A stretch of 64,000 bases of DNA from an uncultured Planctomycetia bacterium (GCA_964388445.1 CAYMAI010000001.1:336215-400214), one strand, 5' to 3'; numbered from the stretch's first letter, positions 19,530 through 29,412 are shown. Notes: generated from the letters alone by a model not told the origin. Numbers and translations are program-made.

Positions 19530-20368
19530 TGGGAAGAGACGAATTCTACAAATTGATTACCGCTTACTTGGACAACCAACTCGACGCCGACACGCTTAGG
19601 CAGTTCACCGAGCGGCTTAGGACCGATTCCGCGCTTCGTGCAGAGGTTCAGGCTCAGCGCAGGATTAAAAACTATCTGCAACACCTGCCCAAAGTCGAAA
19701 TTTTGAACGACAACTTCAAAAAGCAGCTCCTTCACCGGGTGGAGCGCGAAGTCATTCCTCCGAAGCGCAGTTACCGCCTGAATTACGCAACCGTCACGCT
19801 CGCCGTGATATTCGCAAGCTTCCTGTTGGGCGGCGCCGTATTCGGGCTCAAACTTGCTATCGAAGAAATCAGCAAGACCGAAACCTACATAGCCCGCGTC
19901 GAAACCGGCGTCGCGGCCGCGTCGCGGCAATATTCGCGGGAATTCCACTCTCAGCAACCGGCGCTGGAAGCCAAAGTGACGAAGAGAATCCGCTACGACG
20001 TTGTCGGCGTCGTCCCGGAGGAGTTTTTCTCCAGCGTTCTTGCCAGCTATCAAAGCGGCGAAGTTCGCAAGGAAATACTTGCGCCGTTTTTCATACAAAC
20101 CTCGATTTTCGACGGCGCAACGGTCAGCCTCCCCGAAAACGGGATTCTCGGCGGCAAAACCCATTGGGTGAATTTCTCGAAAAGCATACCCACCGAAGTG
20201 CACATCGTCATTCCGTCCTCGCTTGAACCCGGTTTTCGCGACTTCATGAGCCGCCAGAAAGGAACGGTTATGCCGTCGGCGAACACAGGCATTCTTGGAA
20301 ATACGCTGTCCGCAGGCGAAGGCGAGCACGTGATAATAGACATTAGGTTCAGCTCATTCGGCGGTTAG
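19529..20368 (+). CDS. Putative membrane-anchored anti-sigma factor
   Basis: Starts at the sigma gene stop; cytoplasmic N-terminus, single TM (VTLAVIFASFLLGGAVFGL), extracytoplasmic C-terminus; call by context and architecture. Confidence 0.55.
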   Translation: MGRDEFYKLITAYLDNQLDADTLRQFTERLRTDSALRAEVQAQRRIKNYLQHLPKVEILNDNFKKQLLHRVEREVIPPKRSYRLNYATVTLAVIFASFLLGGAVFGLKLAIEEISKTETYIARVETGVAAASRQYSREFHSQQPALEAKVTKRIRYDVVGVVPEEFFSSVLASYQSGEVRKEILAPFFIQTSIFDGATVSLPENGILGGKTHWVNFSKSIPTEVHIVIPSSLEPGFRDFMSRQKGTVMPSANTGILGNTLSAGEGEHVIIDIRFSSFGG

Positions 20369-20389
20369 CGGACCGCCGTTTCGCCTTTG

Positions 20390-20629
20390 TCATTTTTCCT
20401 TGCCGGTTCTTTCCCTGGCGCCGTCCATGATTTTGTTTACGGCCTCATGGCTTTCTTCCAGCCGTTTTTCCACCTCTTCCTCGCTTTCCGGTATTCCGGA
20501 TTCGCGCAGGCTTGCGGCTATCAAGCGTCTTACCGCCCAAAAAACGAAAATCGAAATCGCGATAAAAACGAGCACGGTAAGCGCCGTGTATTTCGTGAGA
20601 AGCTCTGCCGTTTGATTCAGCGGGTTCAT
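20390..20629 (-). CDS. Small membrane protein with acidic/charged tail
   Basis: 79 aa from internal ATG (MNPLNQTAELLTKYTALTVLVFIAISIFVFWAV...); ATGA overlap with upstream gene; the longer track ORF 20390..20824 would overlap that gene. Confidence 0.4.
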   Translation of the reverse strand: MNPLNQTAELLTKYTALTVLVFIAISIFVFWAVRRLIAASLRESGIPESEEEVEKRLEESHEAVNKIMDGARERTGKEK

Positions 20630-21174
20630 ACTTTCGGAAGACTCTCCACGAAATCGTCCCAGTATTCGAAGTCGCCTTCGGGATGGATGTAAAGGTACTT
20701 GCTCATAGTATTCGGATTCGCCGAATGAAAATCGGCGAAACACGCCCTGTGAACGCCGAACTTTTGTTCGATGAAATACACGATTTCCATGTCTTCGCTG
20801 TGGTCCAGCATGCAATGAGGACATGATTTCGCGAACGACTCGACGTCCACCGACAACCCGCCGATTTCCTCCATAATCTTTTCGCGAATTTTAAGCTGCT
20901 CTGCCTGTTTCTCCCGCTCCATTTTTTTCGCTTCGGCCATGATTAAAAGCGTGTCTTTCTCGGCACGAAACTCCCGGTCGATTTCGGCAACGGGGCTACG
21001 CTTGAAATATTCCTTCACGTACCAGATGACGAGGAACAATGCGATGACGATGAAAATTATGAAAATCGTGGGCACCATTATGGCGCGTGCCACGTCGGAA
21101 GAGGCTGGGCCGGCCTGCAAAACCGGAAGCTGATAAAAAATCGGTATATTGCCGATGGGGAATGTGCCGGTCAT
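20626..21174 (-). CDS. Membrane protein with Cys/His-containing cytoplasmic domain
   Basis: One TM helix then charged helical segment and CPHC...H...C...H cluster (possible metal site); 4-nt overlaps with both neighbours. Confidence 0.5.
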   Translation of the reverse strand: MTGTFPIGNIPIFYQLPVLQAGPASSDVARAIMVPTIFIIFIVIALFLVIWYVKEYFKRSPVAEIDREFRAEKDTLLIMAEAKKMEREKQAEQLKIREKIMEEIGGLSVDVESFAKSCPHCMLDHSEDMEIVYFIEQKFGVHRACFADFHSANPNTMSKYLYIHPEGDFEYWDDFVESLPKV

Positions 21175-21578
21175 TTGCCGTCCTCCTTTGCTCCACCCGC
21201 CGCATCCGCGCCGCCCGGGGCGGATTCGGCGATTTTTTCAAGTTCTATTCTAAGGCTGTCCATGCTCTGTCTCATTTCCCTGCCGAGCAGCTTGTAACTA
21301 ATTTTCCACCGCATATATAGATAGACTACAAGCGTAATCAAAAACACCGACAAAACCGAAATCGCGAGCGCAAAAAGCTGGCGCGTAAAGAAGAGCTTGA
21401 ACGTGAAAGCGACGCACATGTATAAAAGGCAAAGGTTGATTACCCAGCCGAGAGTCGTTGTCCAAACGCGCTCGGCGGGGCCGAGGTAAGAAATGAACTT
21501 CCGCTCCGCGCCGTATCCCCAGACGCCCACGCCGATTATTACGAGCGAAATGACGAATCCGGGAACGTCGAAAGCCAT
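21171..21578 (-). CDS. Small polytopic membrane protein
   Basis: 135 aa, three to four hydrophobic helices, charged C-terminal tail; tightly packed in operon. Confidence 0.5.
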   Translation of the reverse strand: MAFDVPGFVISLVIIGVGVWGYGAERKFISYLGPAERVWTTTLGWVINLCLLYMCVAFTFKLFFTRQLFALAISVLSVFLITLVVYLYMRWKISYKLLGREMRQSMDSLRIELEKIAESAPGGADAAGGAKEDGK

Positions 21579-21582
21579 ACGG

Positions 21583-22665
21583 TTAATGTCCTCCGATCGG
21601 TCTTATCCCGATATCCCGGAACATTCCGCCGAGCGAAACGTCGTAGATGACCTCTTCGGTTTCAATGTCTATTGCCGTAAGCCAGCCGCTTCCCGACGAA
21701 TCCACGATGAATATAGTGTCGTCGAACGGGCTTATTTCGATTACTTCCGCGGGGTGCGGAATCGGAATCGTTTTGGTCACGCGCCCCGCCGCGACGTCCA
21801 TTACGGCAAGCTGGCGTGTTTCGGAAAGCGGCACGTAAAGAATGCCGCCGTCGCGCGTCGATGCCATCTGGCGGCTCCTGCCGACTCGAACGGTTTTCAT
21901 AATCTCGTTCGTATATCTGTCGATTACGAATATCATTCCGCGCCGGATGGTCGAGACAAAAAAGTTGCGTCCTTCCGGCGGAAAATACATGTCAATCGGC
22001 GCGCCGTTGATTTCGATTGTATTCACGAGCGAATTATTGGCGAGGTCGTACACGAAAAGCTTTGAATCCTTGCTGTCGATTGCATATAGCAGTCCGGTTT
22101 GCCGGTCGATTTCGATTCTTCCGGTCAGCTTCAAATCGCGAGCGCGAAAAATCCTCGCCTTTTTCCCGGCGCCCGTCGGGCTTTTTTCCATAAGGTCTAG
22201 CACGTCGAATCCGCTAGCCATAAAGTCGGTTTTCGCTCCGTTTACGACGACGAGCCTTCTGTTGTCCGATGCGACTGCAAGGTCTTGCGGAATGCCGTCA
22301 ACTTCGATGACCTCGGTTTTCAAAAACCTGTGGGCGTCTATGACGGTTACTTTGTTCGTCACGTCGACCGCGTTCGATATAAAGGCATATTTTCCGTCCG
22401 GGCTGAAAACGAGCTTCTGCAATCCGTCCGCAATCGCCATTTTCTTTTCGATTTCGCCAGTCGCCGCGTTGACGACGAGAAGTTCGTCCGGCGCGTGATT
22501 AAGAAGAAACAATCTTACGCCGGTGTCTTTCACGCTGACCGCGGCCGTAATCGCGAAAAACGCGACCCAAAAAACGATTTGCACAATCCAAAGCGTTTTC
22601 GCCGCGCCAGCCTTGCCGCGCGCGGGCGCGCCTTTTGCTTTAGCAGTTTTGCCCGTATCAGTCAT
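21583..22665 (-). CDS. Membrane-anchored YVTN/YncE-like beta-propeller repeat protein
   Basis: N-terminal TM helix then repeated beta-strand motifs (LVVVNGA, LYAIDSKDSKLFVYDL, IFVIDRYT, IFIVDSSG). Confidence 0.6.
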   Translation of the reverse strand: MTDTGKTAKAKGAPARGKAGAAKTLWIVQIVFWVAFFAITAAVSVKDTGVRLFLLNHAPDELLVVNAATGEIEKKMAIADGLQKLVFSPDGKYAFISNAVDVTNKVTVIDAHRFLKTEVIEVDGIPQDLAVASDNRRLVVVNGAKTDFMASGFDVLDLMEKSPTGAGKKARIFRARDLKLTGRIEIDRQTGLLYAIDSKDSKLFVYDLANNSLVNTIEINGAPIDMYFPPEGRNFFVSTIRRGMIFVIDRYTNEIMKTVRVGRSRQMASTRDGGILYVPLSETRQLAVMDVAAGRVTKTIPIPHPAEVIEISPFDDTIFIVDSSGSGWLTAIDIETEEVIYDVSLGGMFRDIGIRPIGGH

Positions 22666-23485
22666 CTTTAAGCACCCTGTTCCTGACGAGAGAGGCGGCG
22701 CGAGGATGAAGCGCCTTCAGGACCGAAAGTATATCACGCCTGGTCATTCCCGCGCTTTTCATAATCTCCACGGCGCTCTCCCAATCGTTTAGATTCGCTT
22801 CGGCGATTTTGGTTTCATCCGCGGCGCCTTCCACGACGATTGTGAATTCGCCCCTGTTCATTATGCCCGCTTCCGGCGGCGAGCCTAGCTCGAAAATCAA
22901 AATTTCTTCGAATTTTTTCGTCATCTCTCGCGCCGCAAGCGCCCGGCGTTCCTTTCCGCATGATTCCCGCAATTCCTCGACGAGTTTTTCCACGCGTCCC
23001 GGCGCCTCGAACATCACGCTCGGATGGTCGCGCGCCGCAATTTCGCGCAGCCTGTCCGCTCGCTCGCGGCCTTTGCGCGGCAGGAATCCCTCGAATGCGA
23101 ACCGCTGGGCGGTGAACGGCGCATAGGCGAGAGCCGTCGTAAGCGCGCTTACGCCAGGAATAACCTCGACTCTGATTCCACGTACAAGCGCCGCCGCCAC
23201 AATCTCATGGCCCGGGTCGCTTAGGGTTGGCATACCCGCGTCCGTCACGTACGCCACATCCGCTCCGGCCTCGACTTCGTCCAACAGCTTTGCGATTTTC
23301 GACTCGCCGCTATGCGCGTGCAGGCTGAACAGCCGTCCGGAAACTCCGTACTTCGCAAGCAGGATGCGAGTCCGCCGCGTGTCTTCGCACGCGATAAGCC
23401 CGGCTGATTTCAACGTTTCGAGCGCCCGCAGCGTGATGTCCGCAAGGTTGCCGATCGGCGTGCCGATTATAAAAAGCTTGCCCAA
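22658..23485 (-). CDS. rsmI: 16S rRNA (cytidine1402-2'-O)-methyltransferase
   Basis: N-terminus MGKLFIIGTPIGNLADITLRALETLKSAGLIACEDTRRTRILL is the RsmI tetrapyrrole-methylase-type signature. Confidence 0.9.
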   Translation of the reverse strand: MGKLFIIGTPIGNLADITLRALETLKSAGLIACEDTRRTRILLAKYGVSGRLFSLHAHSGESKIAKLLDEVEAGADVAYVTDAGMPTLSDPGHEIVAAALVRGIRVEVIPGVSALTTALAYAPFTAQRFAFEGFLPRKGRERADRLREIAARDHPSVMFEAPGRVEKLVEELRESCGKERRALAAREMTKKFEEILIFELGSPPEAGIMNRGEFTIVVEGAADETKIAEANLNDWESAVEIMKSAGMTRRDILSVLKALHPRAASLVRNRVLKDD

Positions 23486-24385
23486 TCAATCCTCCCGGTT
23501 TTCCTTACCGGCTTTGTCCGATTTTTTGGCGGGCGAAAGCGCGGCTGCTATTGCGGAGAGATTTTCACGCGAAAGGTTTTCCGGCCGCTCGCCCGGCGAT
23601 ACTCCCGCCGCGCCGAAGGCCGCTTCGATTTGCTCGCCCGATAAGTGCGGAAAAGTCCGCTTGAGCGCGTTCGCCGCGGTTTTCCGCCTGTGCTTGAAAA
23701 TCCCGGAAGTCAGTTTGAAATATAAATTCGATTCGGGAAGATCGCTCAAATTACGGCTGCGCGGCGCCATCGCGATAATCGCGCTTTCAACCTCCGGCTG
23801 CGGGATAAACGCGTCCGGCGGAACGCCAATCACGCGTTCGGTTGCGAAATACGTTTGCATGAACACCGACAAGCTGCCGTACGAGCGGCTACCCGGCGAG
23901 GCGGTCAGGCGGTCCGCTACTTCGCGCTGGAGCATCACGCACACGAGCGAAATCCACTCGGCATATTCCACCATCGCCTTTAGGAACAGCGATGAAATCT
24001 GATATGGCAGGTTCGCGCAGACCTTTATTCCGCCGCCGCCGAGCGACGGTTCGATTTCTTCGATCAGCTCGCCGAAGCTGTAGGCGTTGAAGCTCTTTTT
24101 GATTAGCGTAATATTCGGAAATTCCTTGAACTCGCGCCCCAAAAACTCGAAGAAAAAATCCTCGATTTCGAACGTGTAAACGCGGCCCGCCTCTCGCGCC
24201 AGCCTGCGCGTAAGAGTGCCTAGGCCGGCGCCCACTTCGACGGCGGTGTCGGTTCGGGCAAGATTCGCCCGACGCGCCAGCGCCTCTTGCGCGCTTTCGT
24301 CAACGAGAAAATTCTGGCCGCGAAGACGGCTCGGCCTGAATCTGAGGCTTTTAAGCGATTCTCGCGTATAGGTTTCCAAAGACAC
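23486..24385 (-). CDS. rsmA: 16S rRNA (adenine1518/1519-N6)-dimethyltransferase
   Basis: KsgA/RsmA signature (RGQNFLVDESAQEALARRANL...VEVGAGLGTLTRRLA). Confidence 0.9.
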   Translation of the reverse strand: MSLETYTRESLKSLRFRPSRLRGQNFLVDESAQEALARRANLARTDTAVEVGAGLGTLTRRLAREAGRVYTFEIEDFFFEFLGREFKEFPNITLIKKSFNAYSFGELIEEIEPSLGGGGIKVCANLPYQISSLFLKAMVEYAEWISLVCVMLQREVADRLTASPGSRSYGSLSVFMQTYFATERVIGVPPDAFIPQPEVESAIIAMAPRSRNLSDLPESNLYFKLTSGIFKHRRKTAANALKRTFPHLSGEQIEAAFGAAGVSPGERPENLSRENLSAIAAALSPAKKSDKAGKENRED

Positions 24386-24481
24386 CGGCGCATGGTAACA
24401 CGCGGCAACGCGCCCCGGCGGGATTATCCGCCGCCGGAGCGCCGAATGTTGCGCATCAGCCCTTCAAACTAGCGCGGCAAG

Positions 24482-25045
24482 TCAAGATTCTTCGGCGGGA
24501 AGAACGGTGATAGGTATTTCAAGCATTTTTGAGTGTGGAGGAGAAGGCTCTATCGGTTGAAATGGACTTATGACATGGCCTTCGTAGGTAACGCTAAATC
24601 CGCCCCATTCTAATGATTCAGCAGTAGTAATGCGGAGCAAGTAATTCCCGGCATTCAAAAGGGGAAGTGTGAATGATGCGGATTCGAGAACAGGGTTGTA
24701 GTCCTGTGTGAAGTACTTAGTAATCCAAGTACTTAAAGTTATGACTCCGCCCTCATTTAGTACAAATGCATTGTCGGTATCCGGCCTCAGGTATTTTAAA
24801 ACATCCGGGTTGAGCCTAGTAGAGAAATGCAAGACAATTTCTGCGTGTTCCCCTTCTTTAACTTGTTCAGGAACATCTACTGCAGTTATGTAGGGGAGAT
24901 AGGCAGTTATCTGGCTCTTTGGATTCGGCGGGGCTATGGCGGTCATCTTACATCCTGCAACCATTATTATTTGCATTAAGGCAGTTGCAAATAACAGCCC
25001 AAATGCGACTACAAATAACTTGCGAAACTCATGAAAGATTTTCAT
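24482..25045 (-). CDS. Lipoprotein of paralogous PITVLPxEES family (member L1)
   Basis: Lipobox (IIMVAGC), conserved YLPY and TAESLEWGG motifs, C-terminal PITVLPAEES; preceded by leader repeat copy. Confidence 0.6.
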   Translation of the reverse strand: MKIFHEFRKLFVVAFGLLFATALMQIIMVAGCKMTAIAPPNPKSQITAYLPYITAVDVPEQVKEGEHAEIVLHFSTRLNPDVLKYLRPDTDNAFVLNEGGVITLSTWITKYFTQDYNPVLESASFTLPLLNAGNYLLRITTAESLEWGGFSVTYEGHVISPFQPIEPSPPHSKMLEIPITVLPAEES

Positions 25046-25487
25046 ATTTCAACTCCTACCATGCGTTAATTGCTGAATAGTAATTTAAGAAACCCGCGAT
25101 GTCGCGCCGCGCAACGCGCATCATCGCCGCATTCGAGCGAATCATTAATAGACTTTCTCTACAAAAACTCTCTCCGTCCACATTCCCGCTCCGAACTTCC
25201 GGAATCCGATTTCCAAATTCGCAAACCCGCTTGTTTCCCAATTCGCAATCCAGTTTGGCGTTTTCCACGCTCCGGGTTTAAACAACGCTCCCGGTTTAAT
25301 AAGAAACACAATCTCCCGCTTCGCTTTGCATCTTGAATACACCTCAGAGTGCGCCACCGCATCCTTGGCGCACAACGGGATTTTACCCCGATTTGCAGGT
25401 TTTAAACCGGCATCAGGCTCGCGTAAATAATCACAATCCCAAGCCGCGGGAAAGCGGTGAAAATGGTGTATAAATCTGTATAATGCG
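25046..25487 (-). repeat. Conserved ~400 bp leader/promoter element, copy 1 of 3
   Basis: Near-identical to 33783..34228 and 56913..57352 from about 25106 (divergent nearer the L1 start); contains inverted repeat GTGCGCCA-N9-TGGCGCAC (25349..25373) and two pairs of direct repeats. Confidence 0.8.
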
Positions 25488-25565
25488 TGTAAAATACATC
25501 GGCGGGTTTATTTGGAAAAGCCAATGATGAGACGAAAACCGAGGTAGTTGCCGTAGGCGCCCGTA

Positions 25566-26846
25566 TTGCAATATCTTGAAGGATGTGAGATATTACGGAC
25601 CGTGACGCATGGTCATCAAACAAAAGGCAAGAGATACAAGCTTCGGACGCTGGCGCTTTACTACAGAAAAGGGGAAGTTGCCGTCGTCGAAAGCTGGCTG
25701 GTTGTAGGCCGGAAGGCTTACGAACTCTCAGCCGTGAGCAGGGAAAGCCTCGACGGCCTTCTTCCTCCGGCTTTTCGCGATGCCATTACGCTCGGCAATA
25801 TCCGGCAAGCCGTGTCGCGTGCCGAAAAAAGCGTCATTGCGGGTGACCGGGTTTACGCACCGGGAGTGAGGCCGGCGATATATTATTGCGGAAAGGAATT
25901 TATCATATCGGATTTGTTTTTCATCGACTCAGAACAGGCGATAAGTTCGTACGAGTTAACGGCGGTAAAACTTGAACGCCCGCACCTGATAACCGCAATA
26001 ACATCTGCCGCTCTATTACCGTTTTGGCACTATTACGGTTTCGATTACGTCGCCAAGTTTTTCGAATCGCGCTACGATATGTATTTAACCTATGTCGCGA
26101 TGCTGGTTCCCGCGATGTATTACTTTTTTCAAAGGCGCACGCTCAAAATAGAATTCGGAGGCCGGTTCGAGCACGTTTACGGCACTCACAAGCTCTCCGG
26201 GGGAGAATTGCCCGAAGTATGCAGCGCGATATCCGCGATGCTCGACAAAAGGCCGCACCTGGAAACGGTTGCCGCCGCGCCTTCGGCCAATGAATCCGCT
26301 AATGCGCTCGTCGGCGAAGGAAAAACGGGCGAAAGCGCTTCGGAGCGGGAATGGGAAAACGCAGACGGCGTTTATGACGAACAAGAAAGAATAAACTCGC
26401 ATATGCGAAAGCGAATGGCGCAAAAGTATTCGGCAATGCAGATGAAGGAGGACTCGCGCGGCTATTACGTGGATGAAAATGATGTGACGGTAACCGCGAA
26501 CAGAGCAAGGATATTCGGAGTCGAATTCCAAATCGACGACGTGGATTCGGTTGAAATTAGGCAAATGGGCTGCTTTGCAATGTTGGCTAATATTATTGGC
26601 ATAATCGCAATGCTCTACGTTTTAATTGATGGAAAAATTCCCGTACCAAAGCCATATAATATGATACTTATTGTTGCATCGCTTGGATATCTTATGTTAA
26701 TTCAATGGCTGTCGAATAAGCAAAAACTTATCGTATATTTCAAAGACGGGACGGTCGAATATTTTCATTCGAATCGCGGAAAGCAACTCGATAAGGCTCA
26801 TCAAGCGCTTTTCTTTTTAACGCTGGACGATGGAGGAGAGGGCTAA
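25566..26846 (+). CDS. Hypothetical membrane protein
   Basis: 426 aa, hydrophobic helices mid-protein and at C-terminus; 3' third noticeably AT-richer than background; non-ATG start in track, true start uncertain. Confidence 0.4.
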   Translation: MQYLEGCEILRTVTHGHQTKGKRYKLRTLALYYRKGEVAVVESWLVVGRKAYELSAVSRESLDGLLPPAFRDAITLGNIRQAVSRAEKSVIAGDRVYAPGVRPAIYYCGKEFIISDLFFIDSEQAISSYELTAVKLERPHLITAITSAALLPFWHYYGFDYVAKFFESRYDMYLTYVAMLVPAMYYFFQRRTLKIEFGGRFEHVYGTHKLSGGELPEVCSAISAMLDKRPHLETVAAAPSANESANALVGEGKTGESASEREWENADGVYDEQERINSHMRKRMAQKYSAMQMKEDSRGYYVDENDVTVTANRARIFGVEFQIDDVDSVEIRQMGCFAMLANIIGIIAMLYVLIDGKIPVPKPYNMILIVASLGYLMLIQWLSNKQKLIVYFKDGTVEYFHSNRGKQLDKAHQALFFLTLDDGGEG

Positions 26847-26864
26847 TGGGTTTCGCGCTTGCAA

Positions 26865-29018
26865 TTATTCCCGCGCCTCTGAGTTGATTTTTCCGTTTCC
26901 AAATTTCGCCGCCAATTTCAAATATGCCGCGTATACAACGTAAAGGAGGCTGCCGTTTATCATCCCGATTGCCGCGCCGAGAAGCGTGCGGGTAAGGCTG
27001 ATTCCAATCGGCGTATGCAAATGGCAGAACGTGTTGACGATGCTCGTGAACGCCACCGCGCCGATGAGAAGAAGCACGATGGAGGGTTGTTTGCGCCTGA
27101 AAAAGTACGCGAGGAAAAAGAAAAACGCCGGAAGCCCGAACAGCTCTTTCGTTCGCGGCCTGACTGCAAGCAGGTCTTCGAGCCGCTCGCGGAACAAAAG
27201 CTCCAATTGCGCGACCCCGATCGGCGCTTCGTTTCCGCTGCGAAGAAGTATCAGCGCGAGCGCGGCGATGCCGAGAAACACGACCATCATATCCACGAAT
27301 TTTATGTCGAGGTCGAGGAGCGAATTCAGCCGTTCAATCCAGCCCGGAAGTTTTTTCGCATTTCCGTTTTCGCCGCCGCCGGAAACCTCGCCCTTAAACT
27401 TGAGCGATGCAAGATTCCAAAAATACACCGCGATTAAAAGAACGGGCAGCGCGAGAGATAGCATAACGCCTTTGAAGGTTTCCACTTTTACGAACGCGTC
27501 CGCCGAGTTTATCAGCGCGTACACGAAAATTCCGCCCAGCGCGCTTGCGGCGATTGCGATTAGATATGCCGAAAGCACGCGGCCGTAGTTCGCCGGAACT
27601 TGTTCCTTGCCGCGAAGCAGCAGCGCGATGGCGAGCGCGGCGCCCGCGACCGGCGCGAGAATCGCGGCGACAAGCGCCCAGCCGGAATATAGCAGGGCGG
27701 GCGATTTGATAAACAGCGCGGCGCTTCCCGCGATGGAAAGAGCCCAGAAAGCCGGCTCCATCCACATCGGCGCCGCGAAAAACAGCCGGATCATCAATGC
27801 TGCGAGCGAGATGACGCCGAGCGCGGCGAGAAGTTTCAGCGGATGCAGGTCTTGAAAATCCGGCGGCGACGGTTCGCGCGCGACGTTGAAGCCGTGGCGG
27901 TTTATCGCATCGAAAAGCGAGCCGTAATATTCGAGGTTGAATTCGAGAGCGCTCTCGGATTTTGCGCCGCGCCCTTCGTCCACGAAAAGCCCGGTGAAAA
28001 ACGGACGGACGTATACCAGCCTGACGTTTCTTTCCTTCAGCGCTCGAACGAACCGCGACTGCGCGACGGATGGCTTTTGTTTGACCATTTCTTCCGCGCT
28101 GATGCTGTGCGTTATTACGACGTCCGGCGAAAGCATCGACGCGAGCGCGCCGGCGCCGTCCTGAATTTCGAATTCTATCCAGCCCCAATACCAGCCGTAT
28201 TTTTCGATTTCCGCTGCGGTTGCGGCGACGTTGTTCGGATAACCGAGAACCGCGTCGCCCTCGAAAATGACGGTGCGCACGTCCGCGGGCGCGGCCGGCG
28301 AAATCGTAAGCTCGCTCACCTTTTGCAAATCGGCGAAGACCGCGGCAAGGTCGTTTGCGTCGTACTTCGGATTATTCGTCACTCGCGCGACGACGTCGAA
28401 GCCCGCCGCTCGTACCCGACGCCATTCGCCCTTGTCGAAACCGAGATTTATTTTATTCAGGTCAACTTCGGCTTCGCGCGGAATGCTGATTAGAAACCAG
28501 CCGCCCGCGGCAGCCCCCGCATCCGGCGATGGCAGCCGTTCGAGCGCGACCGGAACCGAAATGAAATTTTCGCCGTATAGCAGCTTCAGCCTTTCGCGCG
28601 CAGCCTCCTCGCGCTCTTCGCCGAAAATGCAGAAATTGCGGCGCGCCAAAACCGAATCGAGAATATCCGCCAGGCGCGGATTATCCTCCGCCCACTTTAA
28701 AATCAAGTCGTCGCCGGCTTCGAATAGGTAACCCTTTTCATGCGCTGCGAGAAAAGTGAGTTCGCTGACCGCCATGCTGGAAAAGCCGGTCGAGCGAAGC
28801 CTTGCGAGCACGCTTTCTATCGATTGGCCGCTAACCTGCGCAAGCTGGAAAGCCGCGTTGTAATCGAGACAAACGACGGCGTCGCGATAGCGCCGGTCCC
28901 AATCGGCGCGCTGTACGAGCAGCAGAATCGCCGAAATCGTTCCGAGCGCGATCAAAAACAGCGGGATGAAAACGCTTGCGGGTACGCCGATTATTCGCAA
29001 AGGAGTTTTACCTGCCAT
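26865..29018 (-). CDS. Large membrane protein: N-terminal extracytoplasmic domain plus C-terminal polytopic domain
   Basis: 717 aa; single N-terminal TM, ~300 aa soluble region, then 8+ hydrophobic helices; no catalytic motif recognised. Confidence 0.55.
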   Translation of the reverse strand: MAGKTPLRIIGVPASVFIPLFLIALGTISAILLLVQRADWDRRYRDAVVCLDYNAAFQLAQVSGQSIESVLARLRSTGFSSMAVSELTFLAAHEKGYLFEAGDDLILKWAEDNPRLADILDSVLARRNFCIFGEEREEAARERLKLLYGENFISVPVALERLPSPDAGAAAGGWFLISIPREAEVDLNKINLGFDKGEWRRVRAAGFDVVARVTNNPKYDANDLAAVFADLQKVSELTISPAAPADVRTVIFEGDAVLGYPNNVAATAAEIEKYGWYWGWIEFEIQDGAGALASMLSPDVVITHSISAEEMVKQKPSVAQSRFVRALKERNVRLVYVRPFFTGLFVDEGRGAKSESALEFNLEYYGSLFDAINRHGFNVAREPSPPDFQDLHPLKLLAALGVISLAALMIRLFFAAPMWMEPAFWALSIAGSAALFIKSPALLYSGWALVAAILAPVAGAALAIALLLRGKEQVPANYGRVLSAYLIAIAASALGGIFVYALINSADAFVKVETFKGVMLSLALPVLLIAVYFWNLASLKFKGEVSGGGENGNAKKLPGWIERLNSLLDLDIKFVDMMVVFLGIAALALILLRSGNEAPIGVAQLELLFRERLEDLLAVRPRTKELFGLPAFFFFLAYFFRRKQPSIVLLLIGAVAFTSIVNTFCHLHTPIGISLTRTLLGAAIGMINGSLLYVVYAAYLKLAAKFGNGKINSEARE

Positions 29019-29412
29019 TTCTTACGAGCACCTGAACTTCGGTGGCAAACTTGATGGGGAAGTCTCCGCTCGCGGCGCATATGTAGTGGCGGTTCACGGA
29101 AAGCGCGGAATCTCCGGCAACCGCTCCTTGAGTCAGGTCGATCACTTTGTCCATTTTGGCCTTGTCCGCCTCGACGGAAATCGCAAGGTCGTTCGCGAAA
29201 ATGACGACGAATTCGGTGCCTTCGCCAATAGTCAAGGTTCCGCCCGCCGGAATTTGTACGCGCTGCCACTTGCCGAGGCTGTCGGCGTAGCTTTTGGTAA
29301 TAAGCGGGTCTTCGCGGCTTCCCGGTGCGGGGTCTTTCGACGCCCACACAATGCCGGCAAGCAACAAAATTGCGGCGAGCGCCGCCGCCGAAAGCAGGTA
29401 GATACGATTCAT
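29008..29412 (-). CDS. Small secreted protein, hypothetical
   Basis: Signal peptide (LLSAAALAAILLLAGIVWA); overlaps start of downstream large membrane protein gene. Confidence 0.45.
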   Translation of the reverse strand: MNRIYLLSAAALAAILLLAGIVWASKDPAPGSREDPLITKSYADSLGKWQRVQIPAGGTLTIGEGTEFVVIFANDLAISVEADKAKMDKVIDLTQGAVAGDSALSVNRHYICAASGDFPIKFATEVQVLVRNGR

